The notes beneath the pieces are model-generated. The model saw only the letters and a list, made by a program, of their open reading frames with translations. It ran no database searches and had not been told where the DNA came from. From Alphaproteobacteria bacterium (GTDB lineage: Bacteria > Pseudomonadota > Alphaproteobacteria > Bin95), in contig JAJECZ010000372.1 in the NCBI GenBank assembly GCA_022821735.1, positions 1-38,173 of the forward strand: DNA of 38,173 nucleotides, given 5' to 3'. Within the stretch, counting starts at the first letter, position 1. Each line of letters begins with the position of its first letter. The translations under genes were made by a program, and so were the position numbers. Positions 32,132-38,173 of the stretch are shown here, piece after piece.

Positions 32132-33058
32132 TTAACAACGGCCCGACGGCGCCTCCCTTGCGTGCCGGTGCCTCAATACCGGCCCAAGCTTGGCATAGTG
32201 TCCGGCGTTGCTGTACTCGTCGTACCAGGTTCCGAGGTGAAGCTGGAGATCCGTCACGAAGTAATGCAAGAGCCGTGCGGAACTGACGATTGGCTCAAGG
32301 CCTTCTTCCTGCAGCGTTGTCCAACTCATCGTCTTCGCTGCGTCCTCGGAGGCCAGGTTGACCTCCGCGGCGACGCCGAGTTCCACACCATTTCCGCCCA
32401 TTCTTGCCGGAATACAAAGCGTCGCTGGCTCGTCGTCGTCCAAAATCAGTACCGATGCATTATTCGGTGCGATGCCGTTCGCCCGTAAATCGGCTTCCAA
32501 CTGCTTCACCTTGCAATCACCTTGTCCCAAGGCAATCAGGAAGTTGTAGCAACGATTGTTCCACTCCCTGCCGGTGATCGGTCTCGTCATCTCGGCCAGG
32601 GTCGCCTCATCTGACATCGTGCCGAACCGAAACCTGTTCGCGATCAACCGCCCTTTCTGCAGAGTCTCCATATCTTCTACGATCCGGCGGTAGCTTGTCA
32701 GAACATTGCCATGATCCCACCACGAAGCCTTGACCTCGCCGACGGCCGCAACCCATTCGACCCTCACCAGCTCGGTTTCCCCGTCATCTGCCTTGTGCAT
32801 GGTCGCGGCAGGAACATCCTTGACGACGATCAAATCCATCTGTCCTGACTTCATCCCATCCGCTCGAACCACGTGTCCGTGTGTCACCCGGTACAGCCCT
32901 CCGACGAGACTCCCGACAAGCTTCCTGACCGCCTGCTCCGGCCCATCCCCTCTCGCGCGGATGTTATTCCGTCCTCCCGTGGCCCTCGACCTGTTGCGAC
33001 TTACGAACAGCTCCTCCGCAATCGTCGCATAGAGTTCGTCCGGACTGTATGTATCCAT
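32132..33058 (-). CDS. PD-(D/E)xK nuclease-fold protein (resembles the DUF6602-type).
   Basis: 308 aa. The motif is SGQMDLIVV...AVGEVKAS (D...E-x-K). G+C is lower than in its neighbours. Confidence 0.7.
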   Translation of the reverse strand: MDTYSPDELYATIAEELFVSRNRSRATGGRNNIRARGDGPEQAVRKLVGSLVGGLYRVTHGHVVRADGMKSGQMDLIVVKDVPAATMHKADDGETELVRVEWVAAVGEVKASWWDHGNVLTSYRRIVEDMETLQKGRLIANRFRFGTMSDEATLAEMTRPITGREWNNRCYNFLIALGQGDCKVKQLEADLRANGIAPNNASVLILDDDEPATLCIPARMGGNGVELGVAAEVNLASEDAAKTMSWTTLQEEGLEPIVSSARLLHYFVTDLQLHLGTWYDEYSNAGHYAKLGPVLRHRHAREAPSGRC

Positions 33059-33457
33059 TTGCTCTTCTTTCCTGCTTCATCCACCGGGGCAACTTCATCC
33101 GGACGCCGTCATCGCCATCCGCATGGATCCATGAAATGATTCCGGCCGTTATCTCCGGTATCCGCGATGGCGCCCACGGCTTGCCCGGCAACGGAACGCG
33201 CCCCGGTTCAGCCCTCGACAGGGAGGCCGCTTGCCGGACCCCCCATTGAATCCGGCCGCCAAACTCCCCGCAAGACAGCTGCTGGTGTGTGCTTCATGAT
33301 CACCTCGCTATTGCGCCCCATGGCCGCGCAACGCGGACAGACGGTGCAGCGATATTTGCGACAGCATGGTAAGCGATGGAGTCGACGCCCCTCCCGACGG
33401 CATTGCGATGTGCCAAGTTGGCGGTGTCGGAAAGGCCAAGAAAGGACAGGGGCGTCC

Positions 33458-33946
33458 ATGGAACAGGTACGATCCGGCGAAAGGATACGGGGTTTTCTCG
33501 AACCGCATGACGGCTCGCCCAACGTGTTCTGCCATCTCAGCGTCGTCGAGGCGTCCGGGCGGGACACGCTGCCCCAGGGGGCCCTTGTGACCTGCGAGAC
33601 CGTGCAGGGCGACAGAGGATCCCAGGTTTCGTGGATCCTCGCGGTCGAAACGCCCGTCGAACCCCGCCTAGCGGCGCGCGGCCGTTCTCGCGACACGCAT
33701 TGCGCGGGTCCGCAGTCCGGTGCCCCGCCGACCTCCGGCCTGGAGTTGCCGGGCGCGGTCAAGTTCTACGATCCGGCGCGGGGTTTCGGCTTCGTCGTGC
33801 CGGACCGCGGCGGGCCCGAGATATTCGTCCATGCAAACGTGCCGTTGCGCTCCGGCATGGGAGACCTACTGCCCGGCCAGCGCGTCTTCGTCCGCGCCGA
33901 AAGCGTGCCGCGCGGGCTCCAGGCGACGGAGATAGAGCCGCTCTGA
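33458..33946 (+). CDS. Cold-shock-domain protein with tandem CSDs; the first CSD is split across two frames.
   Basis: The C-terminal CSD is intact (VKFYDPARGFGFVVPDRGGPEIFVHANV...). The first CSD has its strand-1/2 part WNRYDPAKGYG in track ORF 33366-33590. The remainder, FLEPHDGSPNVFCHLSVVEASG, is in this frame. Confidence 0.75.
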   Translation: MEQVRSGERIRGFLEPHDGSPNVFCHLSVVEASGRDTLPQGALVTCETVQGDRGSQVSWILAVETPVEPRLAARGRSRDTHCAGPQSGAPPTSGLELPGAVKFYDPARGFGFVVPDRGGPEIFVHANVPLRSGMGDLLPGQRVFVRAESVPRGLQATEIEPL

Positions 33947-34049
33947 GCAAGGCTGCGTATAACAGGACAATAACGCAACGGAGGACCGTATGAACGAGCG
34001 GGACGCGCCGTAGTCGGCGTCTGCGGGGGAGGAAACCCGGATCGGCGAG

Positions 34050-34271
34050 ATGCCGGCAGTGTTCGCGAACAAGGTCTTCGTTTCACCGATGTCGGGCGGC
34101 GTGAAGATCACGTTTGCCGAGACCCGCCGGGCGTCCGGAGAAGACCTGGCATCGCCGCGCGTGGCGGTGTTCCTGCAACATGCCGATCTCGCCGCCCTGC
34201 ACCGCCCACTGGACTGGACCGCGGGCGCCGGCGATACGCCGCCTGAGCGTTTCGGCGGCTCCATGCATTGA
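34050..34271 (+). CDS. Hypothetical small protein.
   Basis: 73 aa (MPAVFANKVFVSPMSGGVKITFAE...) with good G/C third-position bias. Confidence 0.5.
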   Translation: MPAVFANKVFVSPMSGGVKITFAETRRASGEDLASPRVAVFLQHADLAALHRPLDWTAGAGDTPPERFGGSMH

Positions 34272-34536
34272 GCCAGGCGATGATCGTTCTCCTTGAACGC
34301 AGCTGCCCAAGCGCCTCGTTGATCCAGGCCTTCATCCCAGCGAGAAATCGGGTGGCACTCCGGCGCATGATCTGGCGGCCGTTAACGACGGGAAACACTT
34401 CTCGGCCGAATGCTGCCTGACGTGGCAGCCCAGTCTCGGCTGGCATTCTAACTCGTTGAAAACAAGCTCGTCTTGAGGATGATGGAGAAGCCGAATGCCA
34501 GAGGGCTGGACTACCCACAGAAATTCCGATCCCCTC

Positions 34537-34626
34537 TGGCGGTGGGGGTGGGATTCGAACCCACGGTACGCTTGCGCGTACAACGGTTTTCGAGACCGCC
34601 CCGTTCAACCGCTCCGGCACCCCACC
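34537..34626 (-). tRNA. tRNA-Ser (anticodon CGA), long variable arm, encoded CCA.
   Basis: The reverse complement reads GGTGGGGTGCCGGAGCGGTTGAACGGGGCGGTCTCGAAAACCGTTGTACGCGCAAGCGTACCGTGGGTTCGAATCCCACCCCCACCGCCA. The acceptor GGTGGGG/CCCCACC is perfect, the anticodon loop is CTCGAAA and the T loop is TTCGAAT. Confidence 0.92.
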
Positions 34627-34719
34627 GCTGACAGGCTGTCGCGCGGCTTCATACAGGCGGGGCCCGGTTCCGCCAACCTCTTTCTGCGCGGCCGGGCGGC
34701 GGGGCGGCTGCGGGCGCTG

Positions 34720-34747
34720 TTGACAGTTTGTCCGGCGGCTGTATGTT
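34720..34747 (+). promoter_or_regulatory. Sigma70-type promoter candidate for rplU-rpmA.
   Basis: TTGACA lies at 34720-34725, then a 16-nt spacer, then TATGTT at 34742-34747. The site is about 50 nt upstream of the rplU ATG. Confidence 0.5.
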
Positions 34748-34798
34748 GACCCGCCTTGCGCAGCGGGCGCGGTCGGTTTTCGGGCAGGTTCAGGGGTC

Positions 34799-35143
34799 AT
34801 GTTCGCGGTCATTCGCACGGGCGGCAAGCAGTATCGCGTTGCCGAGGGAGAGACCATCCGGGTCGAGCGGCTGGCCGGAGAGGCCGGCGATGGGCTCGTC
34901 TTCGAGGATGTGCTGATGCTGGGCGGCGAGGGCGCCGGGAGGGTCGGCACGCCGCTGGTCGCAGGCGCGCGCGTCTCCGCCACGCTGGTGGAGCAGGGGC
35001 GGGGTGCCAAAGTCATCGTGTTCAAGAAGCGCCGGCGCCAGAATTCGCGGCGCAAGAACGGCCACCGCCAGCATTATTCCCTGGTCCGCATAGACAGCAT
35101 TGCGGACGGCACAGAGGCTTCAGGAGAGAGCGATGGCGCATAA
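34799..35143 (+). CDS. rplU: 50S ribosomal protein L21.
   Basis: [25 protein letters not shown]...[20 protein letters not shown]. Confidence 0.95.
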   Translation: MFAVIRTGGKQYRVAEGETIRVERLAGEAGDGLVFEDVLMLGGEGAGRVGTPLVAGARVSATLVEQGRGAKVIVFKKRRRQNSRRKNGHRQHYSLVRIDSIADGTEASGESDGA

Positions 35144-35390
35144 GAAGGCAGGCGGCAGCTCCCGCAACGGGCGCGACAGTCCGGGGCAGCGCCTCGGCGT
35201 CAAGAAATATGGCGGCGAGCTCGTCGTGCCCGGCAACATCATCGTACGCCAGCGCGGCACGCGGTTCCATCCGGGCGAGAATGTGGGCCTCGGGCGCGAC
35301 CACACCCTGTTCGCGACGGCCGAAGGGCGGGTAGCGTTCCGCCGCCGCGCCGGCGGCCGCCAGTACGTCTCGGTGCTGCCCGAGGCGTGA
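35133..35390 (+). CDS. rpmA: 50S ribosomal protein L27.
   Basis: The ATG at 35133 lies within track ORF 35100-35390: [52 protein letters not shown]. Confidence 0.95.
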   Translation: MAHKKAGGSSRNGRDSPGQRLGVKKYGGELVVPGNIIVRQRGTRFHPGENVGLGRDHTLFATAEGRVAFRRRAGGRQYVSVLPEA

Positions 35391-35412
35391 TGCTGCCGGG
35401 ACAGCGGCGCCG

Positions 35413-36444
35413 ATGCGCTTCCTGGACGAGGCGAAGGTCTATCTGAAGAGCGGCGACGGCGGCCCCGGCGCGATCGGCTTCCGGCGGGAGAAATATGTGC
35501 CGTTCGGCGGGCCGGACGGCGGCGACGGCGGGCGCGGCGGCGATGTGTTCGCGGAATGCGTCGCGGACCTCAACACGCTGATCGACTTCCGCTACCGCCA
35601 GCATTTCAAGGCGGAGCACGGCGGCCACGGCGCGGGCGCAAGGCGCACCGGCCGCGACGGCGCGGGCACGGTGCTCTCCGTGCCGCCCGGCACCCAGATA
35701 CTCGACGAGGACCGCCGGCTGCTGCTCGCGGACCTCACGCGACCGGGCGAACGGGTGCTGCTCTGCCGGGGCGGCGCCGGCGGGCGCGGCAATGCCCGCT
35801 TCAAGTCCTCGACCAACCGGGCGCCGCGCAGCGCCGAACCGGGCCGGGCGGGCGAGGAGCGCTGGATCTGGCTGCGCCTCAAGCTGATCGCCGAGATCGG
35901 CCTGGTCGGTCTGCCCAATGCCGGCAAATCGACCTTGCTCGCCGCCGTCTCGCGGGCCCGGCCCAGGATCGCCGACTACCCTTTCACGACGCTCGCGCCG
36001 CAACTCGGCGTGGTCGGCGCGGACGATGACAGCTTTACGATGGCGGACATTCCGGGCCTGATCGAGGGCGCGCACCGGGGCGCGGGCCTCGGCGACCGCT
36101 TCCTCGGCCATGTCGAGCGCTGCAGCGGGCTGCTGCATCTGGTGGACGCGACGGGGGAGGACCCGGTCGCGGCGTGGCAGACCGTCCGCGGGGAGCTGGA
36201 AGCCTATGGCGGCGGCCTTGCCGGGAAGCCCGAATTCCTGGCGCTCAACAAGTGCGATGCCGTGGACGGCTCGACCGCCGCCGGGCTGGCGGCGACGCTG
36301 GAGCGGCAGTCCGGGCGCGAGGTCTTTCGGGTTTCGGGTGCGGCCGGGACTGGAATCGGGGCGCTCATGCGCCATTTGTCGGCCGCGGCGAAGGCGGGCA
36401 GGGTAGCCGCCGACCCGCCGAGGGACTCAGCATGGACGCCCTGA
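35413..36444 (+). CDS. obg: GTPase Obg/CgtA.
   Basis: [46 protein letters not shown]1 is GLPNAGKST, and DIPGLIEGA and NKCD are also present. Confidence 0.95.
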   Translation: MRFLDEAKVYLKSGDGGPGAIGFRREKYVPFGGPDGGDGGRGGDVFAECVADLNTLIDFRYRQHFKAEHGGHGAGARRTGRDGAGTVLSVPPGTQILDEDRRLLLADLTRPGERVLLCRGGAGGRGNARFKSSTNRAPRSAEPGRAGEERWIWLRLKLIAEIGLVGLPNAGKSTLLAAVSRARPRIADYPFTTLAPQLGVVGADDDSFTMADIPGLIEGAHRGAGLGDRFLGHVERCSGLLHLVDATGEDPVAAWQTVRGELEAYGGGLAGKPEFLALNKCDAVDGSTAAGLAATLERQSGREVFRVSGAAGTGIGALMRHLSAAAKAGRVAADPPRDSAWTP

Positions 36445-37541
36445 AGAAGGCCCGGCGCATCGTCGTGAAGGTCGGCTCGTCGCTGCTGGTGGACGACCGG
36501 CGGCGCCTGCGCCGGGCGTGGCTGGACGGCCTGGCCGACGATATTGCGGCGCTCCGCCGGGACGGGCGGGAGGTGCTGGCGGTGTCCTCCGGGGCCATCG
36601 CGCTCGGCCGCGGCGCGCTCGGGCTGAAACGGGGGCATCTCCGGCTGGAGGAAAGCCAGGCCGCCGCCGCCATGGGGCAGATCGTCCTCGCCCAGGCCTG
36701 GCGCCAGGCGCTCGGCCGGCGCGAGGTGCCGGCGGCGCAATTGCTGCTGACGCCCTCGGACACCGAAGACCGCCGCAGCTACCTGAATGCCCGCAACACG
36801 GTCGCGACCTTGTTGCGCCACGGCGCGGTGCCGGTCATCAACGAGAACGACACGGTCACGACCGAGGAAATCCGCTTCGGCGACAATGACCGCCTGGCCG
36901 CCCGCGTGGCCCAGATGGCGGGCGCCGACCTCCTGGTGCTGCTGTCCGACGTGGACGGGCTCTATACGGCCGACCCGGCGCGCGATCCTGAGGCGGGCCA
37001 TATCGCCCTGGTCGATGCGGTGACGGACGAAATCGAGGCGATGGCGGGTCTTACCCGGTCGGATTACGGCAAGGGCGGCATGACGACGAAGCTCGCCGCC
37101 GCGCGCATTGCGCTCGGCGCCGGCGCGGCGATGGCGATCTGCGACGGCCGCGCCGACCGCCCGCTCAGCCGCCTGGCGGACGGCGCGCGCGCCACATGGT
37201 TCCGCCCGCAGGCCACGCCGCGCCGGGCCTACAAGGAGTGGATCCGCGGGGCGCTCGGCACGGCCGGGAGCCTGACGGTGGACGACGGCGCGGCTGCCGC
37301 CCTCAGGCGCGGCACCAGCCTCCTGCCCGCCGGGGTCACGGGCATCAGGGGCTCCTTCAAGCGCGGCGATGCGGTTGCGGTCGAGGACGGGCAGGGGCGC
37401 GAACTGGCGCGCGGCCTTGTCGCCTACGATGCCGACGAGGCACGGCGCATTCTCGGCCTCAGAAGCGCGGACATCGAAGCAGTCCTCGGCTATCGTGGCC
37501 GCACCGAGATGATCCATCGCGACGACCTGGTGGTGACATGA
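36432..37541 (+). CDS. proB: Glutamate 5-kinase with a PUA domain.
   Basis: The ATG at 36432 lies within track ORF 36174-37541: [11 protein letters not shown]...[10 protein letters not shown]...FGDNDRLAA. It overlaps the obg stop by 13 nt. Confidence 0.94.
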   Translation: MDALKKARRIVVKVGSSLLVDDRRRLRRAWLDGLADDIAALRRDGREVLAVSSGAIALGRGALGLKRGHLRLEESQAAAAMGQIVLAQAWRQALGRREVPAAQLLLTPSDTEDRRSYLNARNTVATLLRHGAVPVINENDTVTTEEIRFGDNDRLAARVAQMAGADLLVLLSDVDGLYTADPARDPEAGHIALVDAVTDEIEAMAGLTRSDYGKGGMTTKLAAARIALGAGAAMAICDGRADRPLSRLADGARATWFRPQATPRRAYKEWIRGALGTAGSLTVDDGAAAALRRGTSLLPAGVTGIRGSFKRGDAVAVEDGQGRELARGLVAYDADEARRILGLRSADIEAVLGYRGRTEMIHRDDLVVT

Positions 37542-38173
37542 GCGAAGACGCAATCGAGATCGTGGCCCGGCTCGGCCGGGAGGCGCGGGCAGCGGCGGAC
37601 AGGCTGGCGGTGACGCCGGGTGAGGTGAAGGACCGCGCGCTCTACGCCGCGGCGGAAGCGGTGCGGGACCGCTGCCCGCGGCTGCTCGAGGCCAATGCGC
37701 GCGACCTGGAGAGCGCGGCGCATCTCAGGGCTTCGCTGGTGGACCGGCTCACGCTCGACGAAGGGCGCGTCGAGTCGATCGCGCGCGGGCTGGAGGAGGT
37801 TGCCGGGCTTCCCGACCCCGTGGGCTCCGTCGCCGCCTCCTGGACCCGGCCCAACGGGCTGCGTTTCGAGCGCGTGCGCACGCCGCTCGGCGTCGTCGGC
37901 ATCATCTACGAATCCCGCCCCAACGTGACCGCGGATGCGGGCGGCCTCTGCCTCAAGTCCGGCAATGCGGCGATCCTGCGCGGCGGGTCGGAGAGCTTCC
38001 ATTCCAGCACCGCCATCGTCGAGGCCCTTCACGAGGGGCTGGCGGCGGCCGGCCTGCCGGAAGGCTGCATCCAGCTCGTGCCGACACGGGACCGCGCGGC
38101 CGTCGGCGCCATGCTCTCCATGCGCGGCGCGGTCGATGTGGTGGTGCCGCGGGGCGGCAAGGGGCTGATCCAG
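37538..38173 (+). CDS. proA: Gamma-glutamyl phosphate reductase, partial (runs off the window end).
   Basis: It has an ATGA overlap with the proB stop. The sequence reads [23 protein letters not shown]...[35 protein letters not shown]. It is not in the ORF track because it has no in-window stop. Confidence 0.93.
   Translation, partial: MSEDAIEIVARLGREARAAADRLAVTPGEVKDRALYAAAEAVRDRCPRLLEANARDLESAAHLRASLVDRLTLDEGRVESIARGLEEVAGLPDPVGSVAASWTRPNGLRFERVRTPLGVVGIIYESRPNVTADAGGLCLKSGNAAILRGGSESFHSSTAIVEALHEGLAAAGLPEGCIQLVPTRDRAAVGAMLSMRGAVDVVVPRGGKGLIQ

Noticed and set aside
34280-34460. Minus-strand reading MPAETGLPRQAAFGREVFPVVNGRQIMRRSATRFLAGMKAWINEALGQL next to the tRNA-Ser 3' end, considered as an integrase or transposase remnant.
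   Set aside because: I cannot match it to any tyrosine/serine recombinase or transposase motif, and the frame continues into the tRNA. It needs a BLASTX check before any claim.
34108-35055. 315-aa minus-strand ORF.
   Set aside because: It reads straight through the tRNA-Ser gene and is antisense to rplU, so it cannot be a real gene.
35239-37553. 378-aa and 449-aa ORFs antisense to obg and proB.
   Set aside because: They are GC-driven shadow ORFs opposite unmistakable housekeeping genes.
1-38173. Search for CRISPR arrays, rRNA genes, IS elements with terminal inverted repeats, and att-type direct repeats of the tRNA-Lys or tRNA-Ser 3' ends.
   Set aside because: Reading by eye found none. 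The only match to a tRNA end was a 10-nt GC-rich coincidence (CGGGCCCTCC near 6529-6538). A computational repeat search is still required to exclude short att sites.

Overview
This is a high-G+C bacterial chromosomal window. Spot counts give about 75% G+C in core genes, and composition plus synteny fit an alphaproteobacterium (inference). The right edge is conserved core: tRNA-Ser(CGA) followed by rplU-rpmA-obg-proB-proA. The left edge carries a single-polypeptide two-component protein (GAF-PAS-histidine kinase-receiver-OmpR wHTH). Between them lie about 31 kb of accessory mosaic. It holds a three-gene secreted/membrane operon, an HNH-membrane protein, an SRAP peptidase and an AbiEi/AbiEii pair whose toxin is frameshifted. 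It also holds several PD-(D/E)xK nucleases, a decayed 5' copy of the kinase gene, a zinc-ribbon GIY-YIG/T5orf172 protein, and an RHH plus protease-less Lon-like AAA+ module ending at an atypical tRNA-Lys(UUU). The standout is a lower-G+C, nine-gene, co-directional cluster at 17235-28062. In order it encodes a possible wHTH protein, an acidic protein, an SMC/Rad50-like ABC ATPase with a CxxC hook, a ParB-like protein, a small PD-(D/E)xK protein, an SNF2 helicase, a second ParB-like protein, a radical SAM enzyme with a B12-binding-like domain, and a GHKL ATPase. I do not recognise this combination as a named system. I propose it as a candidate radical-SAM-based DNA modification/restriction-type defence system. 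A still lower-G+C two-gene module follows at 28160-29958 (unknown protein plus degenerate ImmA/IrrE-like protein). After that come HU-like, orphan nuclease and tandem cold-shock-domain genes. I recognised no integrase, transposase, CRISPR array or rRNA. All functional calls come from motifs read by eye, not from database searches.
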